Shown here piece after piece: positions 49,905 to 63,457 of a stretch of 64,000 bases of DNA (within the stretch, counting starts at the first letter, position 1; the number at the start of each line of letters is the position of its first letter). The notes beneath the pieces are model-generated. The model had not been told where the DNA came from and ran no database searches. It saw only the letters and a program-made list of their open reading frames with translations. This DNA is from Chiloscyllium plagiosum (taxonomy: Eukaryota), in contig NC_057748.1 in NCBI RefSeq assembly GCF_004010195.1, positions 4,849,374 to 4,913,373 of the forward strand. Direction: 5' to 3'. The translations under genes and the position numbers were made by a program.

Positions 49905-52080
49905 AATTGGGGAAAAGGAAATTATGATGCTATCAGACAGGAGCTGGGAAGTACAGACTGGGAGCAATTGTTCCACAGAAAGGGCACAGCAGACATGTGG
50001 AAACTATTTAAGGAGCAGTCGTTGCGAGTGATGCACAAATTTGTTCCTCTGAGACAAGTAAGAAGGTGTAAGGTTAAGGAACCTTGGATGATGAGAATAG
50101 AGGAACTTCTCGTCAAAAGGAAGAAGGCATTTTATGTAAGGTGGAGGAAGCAAGGTTCTAGCACAGCTTTAGAGGATTACAGGCTTGCTGGAAAGGAGCT
50201 CAGAAATGGACTGAGGTGAGCCAGGAGGGGGCCCGATAAAGGCTTGGCAGGAAGGATTAAGGAGAACCCAAAGGCATTTTACTCATACGTGAGGAATACA
50301 AGAATGATCAGGGAGAAGGTAGGGCCAGTCAGGGATAGCGGAGGGAACTTGTGCGTGGAGTCTGAGCAGATAGGGGAAGCCCTAAATGAGTTTTTGCTTC
50401 GGTTTTCACCAAGGAAAGGGAACTTGTTGTAAATGAAAACTTAGAGGAGCTGGGATACAGTCTTGACCAGATCAAGATTGATGAAGATGATGTGCTGGAA
50501 ATTTTGGAAAACATTAAGATTGATAAGTCCCCAGGGCCAGACCAGATTTATCCTAAGCTACTCTGGGAAGCGAGAAAGGAGGTTGCTAAGCCGCTGGCGA
50601 GGATATTTGCCTCCTCACTCTCCACGGGAGTCGTACCGGAGGATTGGAAGGAGGTGAATGTTGTTCCACTTTTCAAGAAGGGGAATAGGGAAATCCCTGG
50701 CAATTACAGACCAGTTAGTCTCACGTCTGTGGTCAGCAAGGTTGTGGAAAGAATTCTGAGGGATAGGATTTATGACTATTTGGCAAAGCATAGTGTGATT
50801 AAAGGCAGTCAGCATGGCTTTGTGAGGGGCAGGTCATGCCTCACAAATCTTATTGAGTTCTTTGAGGAGGTGACAAGACAGGTCAACAATGGCCGAGCAG
50901 TGGATGTGGTGTTTATGGATTTCAGAAAGGCATTTGATAGGGTTCCCCATGGTAGCTCATTCATAAAGTCAGGAAGTATGGGATACAGGGAGATTTGGCT
51001 ATCTGGATTCAGGATTGGCTGGCTGACAGAAGGCAGAGAGTGGTTGTAGATGGAAAGTATTCTGCCTGGAGGACAGTGTTGATTGGGGTCCCGCAGGGCT
51101 CTGTTCTTGGGCCTCTGCTCTTTGTAGTTTTCATAAATTACTTGGATGAGGAGGTTGAGGGGTGGGTTAATAAATTTGCAGATGACACAAAGGTTGGAGG
51201 TGTCGTTGATAGTATTGAGGGTCTGCTGCAGGCTGCAGCACGACATAGACAGGATGCAGAGCTGGGCTGAGAAATAGCAGATGGAGTTAAATCTGGATAA
51301 ATATGAAGTGATGCATGTTGGAAGATCGAACTCAAATGCTGAATGTAGGATTAAAGACAGGATTCTTGGCAGTGTGGAGGAACACAGGGATCTGGGTGTG
51401 CAAGTACATAGATCCCTCAAAGTTGCCACACAAGTGAATAGGGTTTTAAGAAAACATATGGTGTTTTGGCTTTCATTAACAAGGGGGATCGAGTTTAAGA
51501 GCCGCGAGGTTTTGTTGCAGCTCTACAAGTCCCTGGTGAGAATATTGTGTCCAATTCTGGTCGCCCTACTATAGGAAAGATACAGAGGCTTTGGAGAGGG
51601 TGCAAAGAAGGTTTACCAGGATGCTGCCTGGACTGGAGGGCTTGCCTTATGAAGAAAGGTTGAATAAGCTCGAACTTTTCTATCTGGAGAGAAGAAGGAA
51701 TAGAGGAGACCTGATCAAGGTATACAAGATAATGAGAGGAATAGATAGAGTCAATAGCCAGAGACTTTTCCCCACGGCAGGATTGACTGGTACGAGGGGT
51801 CATAGTTTGAAGATATTAGGAGGAAAGTATAAAGGAGACATCAGAGGTAGGTTCGTTACGCAGAGAGTTGTGAATGTATGGAATGCGTTGCCAGCTGTGG
51901 TGGTGGAAGCGAAGTCATTAGGGACATTTAAGCAACTGCTGGACATGCACATGGATAGCAGTGAGTTGAGGGGTGCGTAGGTTAAGTGGCTATATTTTAC
52001 ATTAGGATTAAGTCTTGGCACAACATCGTGGGCCAAAGGGCCTGTTCTGTGCTGTACTTTTCTATGTTCTACATTCTACG
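49905..52080 (+). mobile_element. CR1 LINE, 5'-truncated, frameshifted ORF2 (reverse transcriptase)
   Basis: KSPGPDQI, PGNYRPVSLTS, QHGFVRGRSCLTNL, DFRKAFD, GVPQGSVLGPLLF and FADDTK motifs spread over several frames; (TTCTATG)n tail. Confidence 0.95.
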
Positions 52081-52082
52081 TT

Positions 52083-52420
52083 GTGGGCGGCATGGTGGCA
52101 CAGTGGTTAGCACTGCTGCCTCACAGCGCCAGAGACCCGGGTTCAATTCCCGCCTCAGGCGACTGACTGTGTGGAGTTTGCACGTTCTCCCCGTGTCTGC
52201 GTGGGTTTCCTCCGGGTGCTCCAGTTTCCTTCCTCAATCCAAAAATGTGCAGGTCAGGTGAATTGGCCATGTTAAATTGCCCGTAGTGTTAGGTAAGGGG
52301 TAAATGTAGGGGTATGGGTGGGTTGCGCTTCGGCGGGGCGGTGTGGACTTGTTGGGCCGAAGGGCCTGTTTCCACACTGCAAGTAATCTAATCTAATCTA
52401 ATCTAATCTAATCTAATCTA
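52083..52420 (+). mobile_element. Young HE1-like V-SINE
   Basis: CpG-rich near-consensus copy with an (AATCT)7 tail. Confidence 0.9.
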
Positions 52421-53724
52421 TTAAAACATTTCAGTCATTCAGAGAGGCCGGATTTTTGGATCACTCTCGATGAAGTCTGATGTTGATTGAAGGATAAATG
52501 TTGGTTTGGTCACTCATGTTGGGATGTTGGCTACAGAAGGACCTCAGCTTGACTTCTCATCTGAAATCTGACACCTCCAACAAAGCACTATGGGAAGCGG
52601 CCATTTCATCCTTAAATCTGTTCCAAGGAACTACGTGATAATCAGTGACCTATCTCCATTGATCCACCAGAACACCATATACCTTATTATCTTTGATTAA
52701 TCTCACTTGTAGGATCAAATGATCCAGCACCAATTGCCATTTGCAGAAGATAGTTCCAAACTTCTACCACTCTTTGTACAAATATTTGCTAATCTGACAC
52801 TCAAAGGATCTGAATTTAAACTTCCAACTTTATCTTCTTGTCCTAGACTCCCCAACCAGCTTAAACCAGTCTGATTGACTTATCGGCAATCCCCTTAATA
52901 TCTTGACAGCACCTTCTAAACCCACAACCATTTCCATCCAGAAGGACAGGGGCAGCAGAATAATGGGAACACCACCACCCACAAGTTCCCCTCTGAGCCA
53001 CACCCCACCCTGAATTGGAAATATATTGCCGTTCCTTCAGTGTCGCTGGGTCAAAATCCTGGAATTCCCTCTCGCAGTAATTAACGTGGCTAAACCAGGT
53101 CTTTGAATATCTGAATATCTACCCCTTTGTATGCCAACTCTCTGGTTATAGCAGCCAGAATTCCATCAGCCTTTCAAGTATTATTCCTGTTCATGATATT
53201 TTAATAATCTATATACCTGGAGCCCAGACCTCACTGGTTCCCCCCTCCAGTGTTGTTCATTTTTTATCACTCGTCAGCATTCACTTATCAAGATTAGATT
53301 TGAAGCATTGTAATAAAGCAAAGAATTCAATTGAGTATTTCAATGGCACTATCATGTACTTAGGAAGTTCAAAACTATTTTACATCAGCTATTTTAAACA
53401 CAAACTTCACTGAGAGAGAAAGCCTACACAGGTAGTTTACTTATCAGTCAGTAAATTAGCATTTAATTTGGTTAAGGGACAAGATTAATGCAGGATTAAA
53501 TACATCCCAGCTATTAGTCAAATAACAGAATGATACCTTTTCCGAGTATCAGTTGTCACAGTAGCTGTGTTAAACAAGTAAACATTTGAGGTTTGTAACA
53601 AGGTCAACCAGGTGAACCTCAGAATGTGCGCTCCCTGTTTACCTGGTCCGATCAGGGAGCCGTGCTTGACAGATATAAACAGGAGTGACTCACTCAGCAT
53701 AGCCCTTTGTCAAGAAGAGCTTGT

Positions 53725-54985
53725 CACTGGCCACTCTGGTGGCAATGATCTTTTCGTCTTCACTGTCAACAGGGGTGGTACCAGGGGACTGGAGAGTGGC
53801 GAATGTTGTGCCCCTGTTCAAAAAAGGGAACAGGGATAACCCCGGGAATTACAGGCCAGTTAGTCTTACTTCGGTGGTAGGCAAAGTAATGGAAAGGGTA
53901 CTGAGGGATAGGATTTATGAGTATCTGGAAAGACACTGCTTGATTAGGGACAGCCAGCACGGATTTGTGAAGGGTAGGTCTTGCCTTACAAGTCTTATTN
54001 NNNNNNNNNNNNNNNNNNNNNNNNNNNNNNNNNNNNNNNNNNNNNNNNNNNNNNNNNNNNNNNNNNNNNNNNNNNNNNNNNNNNNNNNNNNNNNNNNNNN
54101 NNNNNNNNNNNNNNNNNNNNNNNNNNNNNNNNNNNNNNNNNNNNNNNNNNNNNNNNNNNNNNNNNNNNNNNNNNNNNNNNNNNNNNNNNNNNNNNNNNNN
54201 NNNNNNNNNNNNNNNNNNNNNNNNNNNNNNNNNNNNNNNNNNNNNNNNNNNNNNNNNNNNNNNNNNNNNNNNNNNNNNNNNNNNNNNNNNNNNNNNNNNN
54301 NNNNNNNNNNNNNNNNNNNNNNNNNNNNNNNNNNNNNNNNNNNNNNNNNNNNNNNNNNNNNNNNNNNNNNNNNNNNNNNNNNNNNNNNNNNNNNNNNNNN
54401 NNNNNNNNNNNNNNNNNNNNNNNNNNNNNNNNNNNNNNNNNNNNNNNNNNNNNNNNNNNNNNNNNNNNNNNNNNNNNNNNNNNNNNNNNNNNNNNNNNNN
54501 NNNNNNNNNNNNNNNNNNNNNNNNNNNNNNNNNNNNNNNNNNNNNNNNNNNNNNNNNNNNNNNNNNNNNNNNNNNNNNNNNNNNNNNNNNNNNNNNNNNN
54601 NNNNNNNNNNNNNNNNNNNNNNNNNNNNNNNNNNNNNNNNNNNNNNNNNNNNNNNNNNNNNNNNNNNNNNNNNNNNNNNNNNNNNNNNNNNNNNNNNNNN
54701 NNNNNNNNNNNNNNGTACAATAGAGTGTTACAAGGGGACATAAATTTAAGGTGAAGGGTGGAAGGTATAGGGGAGATGTCAGGGGTAGGTTCTTTACCCA
54801 GAGAGTGGTGGGGGCATGGAATGCGCTGCCTGTGGGAGTGGCAGAGTCAGAATCATTGGCGAACTTTAAGTGGCAATTGGATAGGTACGTGGATAGGTGC
54901 TTAAGCTAGGACAAATGTTCGGCACAACATCGTGGGCCGAAGGGCTTGTTCTGTGCTGTATTGTTCTATGTTCTATGTTCTATGG
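53725..54985 (+). mobile_element. CR1 LINE fragment spanning an assembly gap
   Basis: DWRVANVVPLFKKG...GNYRPVSLTS...QHGF before the gap; FFTQRVVGAWNALP and (TTCTATG)n after it. Confidence 0.9.
54000..54714. other. Assembly gap
   Basis: Run of N. Confidence 1.
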
Positions 54986-55159
54986 CGTTTCCTTTCTTCC
55001 TGGTGGTGAAATATAAAAAAAGATTTACACACTTGTTTTTCCTCACTGTGTCCTACACTTGCACACACCATCATGCGTGTTGAGGAAAAATAAGCCCCAC
55101 CGCTGTTAGGCAGTAGTGTTGGGGGAAAAGAAATAAAAAGGAGTGTCAGGGGCTCTATT

Positions 55160-57240
55160 CACTGTGAGAGTTGGCTTTGAGGGAGCTGGAGCAGTGTCAA
55201 GGACTCTCTATGTTTTAATAAAGGGTGACTTGATGATGGGATACCGGCCTCTGTGGAGTTATTTCAGTGGCAACGAGAGAAAAACATGTTCCTGAAGAAA
55301 TTCACTCATAACAGTGGTCTTCGAGTTGGGGTTATCATATCTGGCATCAGACCACTATTTGGGAAGCTTGACTTGTTTGATCTGCCATTTAAGTTTGGGC
55401 CCAGTATATGTAAAGAGTCCAGGCAAATGAATTGGGGCAGATTGAAAAGTAATGAGTAATTCTCTTGACAGCTTGTGGACCCACAACGTTTTTGGTTATT
55501 AGGAGCCTAACTTTCCCTGAGGCACCAGATACTAAAACCTTTCAATAGTTGATGGATTTAGTTAAGGAATATTACAACTCAAGACTCCTCTGAGATGTGA
55601 TTGGTTTTACTCTGCAATTCAAGAACTAGAGAAATTGTATCGGGGTTTTTGACTAGATTAAGATGACTGGCAGAGACTTCAGTTTAACACATAATGACGT
55701 GCTAAGAGATGGTTTGGCATGTGGGGTTAATAATGCAACCATGCAGAAGTGCCTACGAGCTGAAGCCCAACTGGACTTCACACAGACACTACAACTGGCT
55801 TTATCATTGCAAAATGCAGCAAGTGGAGCTTATGAGTTGCAGGTATTCCAGTAGAAGTGGACACCCTCACCAGGCCAACTGAGTTTGGGAAACACCACTT
55901 GAGTGAAGGCAATTACATAGCCTCACACAGGACATATCCCGAAGAGAGGGACTCTAGGTCAGCCCACAGCACAACCCCAAAACAAAGCCAAGCTTCGATC
56001 AAACGGTGAAAATTTCCTTCAGGATCTGGGCTGGATATCTATTGCAGTTGTTGCTGGTCAAAACAGCAGAATTGTCCCATTAGACCTAAATGGAGTAAGA
56101 GAACTCATTGGCCGGTATCCAGGAAAGTGCACATCCTGGAAAGCCCATCTACAGCTGGCTTCGAACAGGTAAATTGCTTAGCAACATCCAAGTCAGAAGC
56201 AATCCAAATAAACACCTGGTTGAATGGTCACCCAGTTCTAATGGAGGTCAATACTGGCAAGACCGTTTCAGTGATTGCAGAACCTGTCTTGAACAAATTT
56301 TGCTCTGAACTCTAGCCTTAAAGTTAGTGCAAGACCTTAGCTAGACTGACAACCTATATCTGGGACCTTTTACAACTTCGGTTCCAGTCTCTTAGGAGAA
56401 GCGGCTAGTTCAGTTCCCACTGCTTGTCGCAAAAGGCTTGGGCCCTGGCTTGATGGGGTGAAATTGGTTGAGAAAAATACACCCAGAGGGGCTCAGCATT
56501 TTTCAGTTAGAAAATGGCTGCCTGAGTGAAGTCCTAATTAAATACCTGGAAGGTCGAGGGACGATCAGAGGAGCCAAGGCTGCCTTGCATGGTGACCAGG
56601 AAGCAGTTCCTCAATTGTGTAAGGCCCATCCAGTACCATTTGCCTTATGGGTAAAGTTAGAGGCAGAATCAAGAGGCTGGAAAGGGAAGGAATCATCAAA
56701 CCAGTCCAGGTTGTGGAATGGACAGCATGAAGCCCAATGGGTCGGGTCAAATTTGTAGGGATTTTAAACCAACGGTAAACTGCTTTTCCCAACTGGAAAA
56801 TTACCCAGTCCCTCGCATAGAGGATTCATAAGCAAAGCTGTACATGAGACATACGCTCTTGCAATTGTGTTGAGATGAGGACTCCCTGAAGTATGCCACA
56901 ATTAATACCCACAAGGGTTAGTACCAATATACGAGATTGCCATGTGGGGTATTGTCAGCCTGTGCCATTTTACAGCAGATGATGGAGAACGTTTACAAGG
57001 TCTACCCCAGATCGCCATTTATCTTGTCTCTATGACTCTATGACATGCTAATAACAGGGAAGAACAATAAGGAGAATTTAGAGAACTTGGACATAGTCCT
57101 TATGAGTTTCTCCCAGTGAAAAATGTGTGTTTCCAGGCTCCCCAACTGACCAACTTAGGCTACAGAGTCGTCAAGACTGGGTTACATCCCTTGGAATAGA
57201 AAATGAAAATGATCAAAAGTGCCCCACCTCCCATGTCTGT
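55160..57240 (+). mobile_element. Decayed Gypsy (Mag-like) LTR retrotransposon: LTR end, PBS, gag, protease and RT remnants
   Basis: LTR end ...TTATTTCA then PBS-like GTGGCAACGAG (55268); gag-like PLFGKLDLFD and ILLTACGP...PDTKTF; protease-like NGHPVLMEVNTG; RT-like YPVPRIED and YATINTHKG.YQYTRLPCGV; many stops and frameshifts. Confidence 0.8.
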
Positions 57241-58294
57241 ACCTCCTCCCAAAATCCAAAACATCACAATTTTCCATATTATATTCCAATGGCCAAGGTT
57301 TTGCCCATTGTCTTAATCTGCTTCTTGTCCTCTGCAGACTGTGTTTTTATTTTGTCTCCTTTCCTTTTTAAATAAAGATCTTCTGTTGGCAGTTTTCCAA
57401 ATGCTCTCCAGAATCTAAAGATTCTTGGAAGATTACGACCATTGTGTCCATTATCTCTGTTGCTAATTACTTTAATATCCTGGGATGCATCCCAACAGTT
57501 GCAAGGGACTTATCAGTCTTTAGCCTTATTTGTTTCCCTAGCACTTTTTCTGTAGTGATAATTTTATGTTTATTTCCTCTCTTCCTTTTGCCCCCAGCCC
57601 ATTCAGTAATTTTGGCATGGTATTAGTGTCTTGTACCGTGAAAACTGAAGCAATGTATTTATTCAACTCCCCTGCAATGTTTGGTTCTTCTATTATTATT
57701 CCCCAGCCTCAATCTCCAAAGGGCTTATGGCTTCTCGCTTCCTTTTAGATATTTAAAGAAGCTCTTACCATCCATCTTGACAATACCTACAACTTCACCC
57801 TCAAAGTTTATTTTCTCCCTCTTTATTATGATTAGATTATTTACAGTGTGGAAACAGGCCCTTCGACCCAACAAGTTCACACTGACCCTCTGAAGAGAAA
57901 CCCACCCAGACCCATTCCCCTACATTTACCCCTTCACTTAACACTACGGGCAATTTAGCATGGCCAATTCACCTAACCCCTGCACATCTTTGGACTGTGG
58001 GAGGAAACTGGAGCAAACCCACGCAGACAGTTGCCCGAGGCAGGAATTGAACCCAGGTCCCTGGCACTGTGAGGCAGCAGTGCTAACCGCTGTGCCATCG
58101 TGCCACCCATTATTCTTTGGTTGTCCTCTGTTGGCTATTCAAAACTTTCCTTAATTCTATGGTTTACCACTAATCTTTATCACATTGCATGATTTTTTTT
58201 TCCTTTCAATCTGATGTTATCCTTGACTTCTCTGGTCAACTATGATTTATTTATCCACTCCCAAGAATCTTCTTCCTCACTGGAATGTGAAGCA

Positions 58295-58705
58295 TGAGCG
58301 ACATCGGACAATCTAGCAGGAAACTTGCCACCAGGTTACATGAACACCAACTGGCCACCAAAAGACATGACTCACTATCACTAGTTTCTATACAGACAGA
58401 CAAAGAAGGACACCACTTTGACTGGGACAACATGCACATCCTAGGACAGGCAAAACAAAGACACTAATAAGAATTCTTAGAGGCATGGCATTCTAACCAG
58501 AACTCCATCAATAAACACATTGATTTAGACCCTATCTACCTTCCCTTGAAACAAAGAACCAGAAATGGCATCACCCAACTTAAGAAACCAAGACCTATAA
58601 ATAGAGAGGCTGGACATACCGCCAGCGCTTCACTGGAGACTCTCACTGATGATGTTACCTCGTGTGGTAACGAAAAGTCTGAAAACAAATCTTCAAGCTC
58701 AGCTG
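58295..58705 (+). mobile_element. Penelope-like element 3' end: GIY-YIG endonuclease remnant plus hammerhead motif
   Basis: IGQSSRKLATRLHEHQLA...HHFDWDNMHILGQ...**EFLEAWHS...SIN, then TCA-CTGATGA-TGTTACC..GGTAAC-GAAAAGTC-TGA at 58643-58682. Confidence 0.85.
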
Positions 58706-59959
58706 TTTCTGACCCAAGTTCCTCACTCTCAAAAGGAATGCTAAATTCTACCATGTTATGATCACTACTTCCTAGGGGATCTTCTACACAGGCATCACTT
58801 ATTAAACCTGCCTCATTACACATCACTGGATCCAAAATAGCCTGTTCCTGGTTGGAGTTAAAAAAAAAAATTATGTGGGATGTGAGTGTCACTGGCTGGG
58901 CCAGCATTTATTGCCCGTCCCTAGTTGCCCCCTGAGAAGGTGGGGGTGAGCTGCCTTCTTGAATTGCTGCAGTCCATCTGCTGTAGGTAGACCCACAATG
59001 CCCTTAGGGAGGGAGTTCCAGGACTTTGACCCAGCAATGCTGAAGGAACAACAATATGTTTCCAAGTCAGGACGGTGAGGGGCTTGGAGGGGAACTTGCA
59101 GGGGGTGGTGTTCCCATGGATCTGCTGCCCTTGTCCTTCTAGGTGGAAGTGGTCATGGGTTTGGAAGGTGCTGTCTGAGGATCTTTGGTGAATTTCTGCA
59201 GTGCGTCTTGTAGATGGTACAACGAGCTGCTACTGAGTGTCAGTGGTGTGGGGAGTGGTTTGTAAATGTTCTGTCAATCAAGTCATAGACAGTGTCAAGT
59301 TTTCTGAATGTAGTTGGAGCTGCACTCATCCAGGCAAGTGGGGAGTATTCCATCACACTCCTGACTCGTGACTTTTAGGTGAGCTTTGGGGAGTCAGGAG
59401 GTGAGTTACTTGCTGCAGTATGCCTAGTCTCTGATCTGCTCTTGTAGCCATTATATTTATGTCCAGTTGAGCTTCTGGTCAATGGTAATCTCCCAGGATG
59501 TTGATAGTGGGGAATTCAGTGGTGGTAATACCACTGAATGTCGAGGGGTAGTGATTAGATTGTCTCTTATTGGAGATGGTCATTGCCTGGCATTTGTGTG
59601 GTGTGAATGTTACTTGATACTTTTCAGCCTAAGCCTGGATATTGTCCAGATCTTGTTGCATCTGGACAGGGACTGCTTCAGTATCTGAGGAGTCACAAAT
59701 GGCACTGACTTTGTGCAACCATCAGCAAATATCCCCATTTCTGACCTTTATGATGGAGGGAAAGTAATTGATGAAGATAGCTGAGCCTAGGACACTACTC
59801 TGAGGAACTCCTGCAGAAATCTCTTGGACCTGAGATGACTGACCTCCAATAGTCACCACCATCTTCCTCTGTGCCAGATATGACTCTAACCAGTGGAGAG
59901 TTTGCCCCCGATACCCATTGATTCCAGCTTCGCAAGGTCTCCTTGATCTCCTTGATGTC

Positions 59960-60048
59960 CTGAAGAAGGGCCTGTGCCCGAAACGTCGAATCTCCTGTTC
60001 CCTGGATGCTGCCTGACCTGCTGTGCTGTTCCAGCAATAAAGTTTCAA
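59960..60048 (+). mobile_element. Short Penelope-like family-A insertion with a 12-bp flanking duplication
   Basis: CTCCTTGATGTC at 59948-59959 and 60049-60060; insert starts at CTGAAGA-AGGGCCTGTGCCC-GAAACGTC. Confidence 0.8.
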
Positions 60049-63000
60049 CTCCTTGATGTCACACTCGATTAAATGTTGCCTTGATGTCAACAACTGTAAC
60101 TCTCACTCACAACATACAGGTCATTCTGCTTTAATGTGCGTTTTGTCAACACAAATTCACTGTCATGCAATTGATGAATTGGGGACTGTTTTTACAGCGC
60201 AAACTTTTAAAACGTGTATAAGCTGTAACGTGGGTACATCACCAATACTTTAAGCTGTTTTTAAGCGTGATTTTTCTATAACACAGGGTTTCACAAGAAC
60301 GCGACCATTGCATTATAGAAAACTACCTGTATTGTTCTTCAAAATCAATTTGACTACAATCTATTGCTGTTTGGGACAATTGCTGTTTGGGGGTTTATAG
60401 GCTATTCCTGCCAGTTTCTTCTTCCCCTTTTTATTACTTATCTTCACCCATACTGATTCCACGTCTTCTGATTAAGATCATTTCTTGCTATTGGACTTAT
60501 TCCATCCTATACCAACAATGTACCTCACCACCCTATCCTTCTGAAAATTCATATATTCCTGAATTTTTAGTTCCCAGCTTAGATCCCCTTGTAATCATGT
60601 CTCCATAAAGACTATAGGATTGTACCCATTTATGTGCACTTGTGCAATGAATTCACTTACTTTGTTTCAAATGCTGTGCTCATTCAATTAAAGAGGCATT
60701 AATTTTGCCTTTTTAAAATCATTTTTCCTCCTTGATCCTTATTCTGCTTTTCTTGTTCCTTTCTGCCATAATCTGACTATTGTTATTCAAATACCTGTGC
60801 TGTACTGCTGTCATATTGCCTTGTTTCATAGCCTACGTTTCCCTTTTCCCCCTGTCTCCCACTCTAATTAGCTGATTCATATGGGAACAGTTCACATACA
60901 TTGGAACACATCTGCATACATCTATTCCAGGTGTGATCTCACCAAGACCCTGTACAAATACAGTAAGACTTTCCTATTTCCAAGTTCACCTCCCTGCAAT
61001 AAAGGCCAATATACCATATCCCTTCCCAAGTGCTTACAGCACCTGCCTGTTTACTCCCATTGGGTGGGTTACAAGGAGACCCAGAACCCTTTGTACACCC
61101 ACAATTCCCATGGAACACTGGAGATGGTGTTGTGGAAGTTGAGGAAGTGTTTAAAGGGTGCAGTTTTCCACAGGATTGTGGTTTGTTTTGGTGGTGAGTG
61201 TAGAAGCCTCAATATTTACATCTTAGCTTTTGATCTGTAATTCTGAGGGCCACACTGAATGCTGTGAACCAGTGACTCGGAAAAGAGTCAGAGAGACATT
61301 GAGTTTTCACAATGCAGAATGAGGCCAATCAGCCCATCTTACCCATGCTGATCATCAAACATTCAAAAGATCTAAGAACAGCATTAGGGCCATTCAGCCT
61401 ATTCAATCTGCTTCACCATTCTATCACGGCTGACATGTTTCTCAACCCCATTCTCCTGCCTTCTCCCTGTAATCTCTGATCCCCCTTACTAGTCAAACTA
61501 TCTATCCCTGTCTTAAATTACTTGTCCTCCACAGAATGAGTTCCACAGAATCACTACCCTCTGGCAGAAGAAATTCCTCCCCATCTCAGTTCTAAAGGGT
61601 TGTCCCCTCAGTCTGAGGTCGTGCCCTCACACTGTTGGAAACATCTTCTCCACATCCACTTAATCCAGTCCTCTTGGTATTCTGTAAGTTTCAAAGCAAT
61701 TCAATTCCAATTTCCAGCGCTTGGCTTTGCATGTTATCGCCCTTCAAGGACACATATTATTACTTCCTAAATGTCTTGAGGGTTCTTGCCTCTAATACCC
61801 TTTTAAGTAGGTTGTTCCAGATTCCTACCACCTTCTGGAATCCTTACAGTGTGGAAACAGGCCATTTGGCCTATTGAGTCCACACTGACCCTCCAAAGAG
61901 CTCCCACCCACATATCCTATCCCTGTAACCCTGCATTTCCCATGGCTAATCCACCCAGCCTGCACATCCCCAGACACAATGGGACATCTTTGGACTGTGG
62001 GAGGGAATTGGAGCACTTGGAGGGGACATGAGGACACAGGGAGAATACGTGCAAGCCCCACACAGGCTGAGGGTGGAATTGAATCAACTCTGGTGCTGTG
62101 AGGCAGCTGTGCTAACCACTGAGCCAGCTTCCGGGCTGGAAAACAATCCTCAACTCTCCTCTAAACCTCCTGCTCTTTACCTTATAATGGGAAGCGGTGT
62201 TTGGAAGGGTTAACCCCTGTGCAGGGTATTGGTAAAACTGCAAGGCAGAGGGGACACCTCTTCCAGGTGAGAAGCGTGAGATTTTCAATGGGAAGACGTG
62301 AGGCAAAAGGATGGTACCTCTCGCACCGCCAGTGTCTGGAGTGTGTAGGAGAGATGAAGCGTAATCTGATAGGATATGTGGATGGGATCAACATTAGAGT
62401 GGTGCTGGAAATACACAGCAGGTCAGGCAGCATCCAGGAAAATCGACGTTTCAGGCAGAAGCCCTTCATCAGGAATGGTGAAGAGCTCCTGCCTGAAACA
62501 TTGATTTTTCTGCTGTACATTTCCAGCACCGCTCTAATCTTGACTCTAATCTCCAGCAACTGCAGTCCTCACTTTCGCCTATGTTCTTCGGAGGGTTGGT
62601 GTGAACTCGATGGGCCGAATGGCCTGTTTCCCCACTGTAGGGATTCTTGAAGGTGCTGGGAAACTGGAACAACCGACCTAAGAGGGTGGTAGAGGCAAGA
62701 ACCATCAAGACATTTAGGGAGTAACTATATGTGCCCTTGAAGGGTGATGGCACCTGTATTTGAGTTTCAATAAAAGCCCTAACGACAGGCAAAGCAGCAC
62801 CTTGAAAGCCTGTGTGTGTGTGTGTGTGTGTGACTTGATAGAAACTTGTTCCCATCTGAATCAGTTGGGGGGGGGGGGTTGGGGTGTAAATCTGTGTGGA
62901 ACAGATTCAGCAAGAACTGACAGTCAAACACACACATACACAAGAGGATGTGAAATGAAATTCACTGCGCGATTCACTGGGGAGCAAGTGTCTATACAGC

Positions 63001-63272
63001 CCTCGCTAATGCCCTGGGGCAGTAAATGTAAAACAGGGCACATTGGTCCCAGGCGCGTTTACAAAAACCAAACAGCAATCTCTCACTTCCTCATTTGCTC
63101 ACAGCGATTGCTAACGAGCGAAGTCCAGGACCAGGATTTGTTCAGTTCCTGTAACCTCCCCCCCCCCCCCTCCTCCTGCTCTAGCTGGGGTTTCAGGGAG
63201 AATGAAGCGAGTGTCCAGGCGCTGTCAGAGGGTCCCCATCCGCAGGGAGTGAGTCCTGACCCCCGGGCTGCC

Positions 63273-63329
63273 ATGGCTCACTCTCACCAGGGACTGCTCC
63301 TCTTGCTGGCTCTGCTCTTCCCCAGCTGG
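63273..63329 (+). CDS. Probable first coding exon (signal peptide) of an unidentified secreted or membrane protein; gene continues beyond the window
   Basis: Kozak GCTGCCATGG; MAHSHQGLLLLLALLFPSW (hydrophobic leader); consensus donor TGG|GTAAGT; upstream region is non-repetitive with scattered CpGs. Confidence 0.6.
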
Positions 63330-63457
63330 GTAAGTAAAGATCTCTCTCACACACCTCACAGCCTCGCGGTTTTAACACGGACTGAAATGCTTTCAGGGCG
63401 AGATGGGTCTGGTGGAGTTTGTAGATTTTGCAAAGCACTGCTCTGGGGCGGGGGGGG

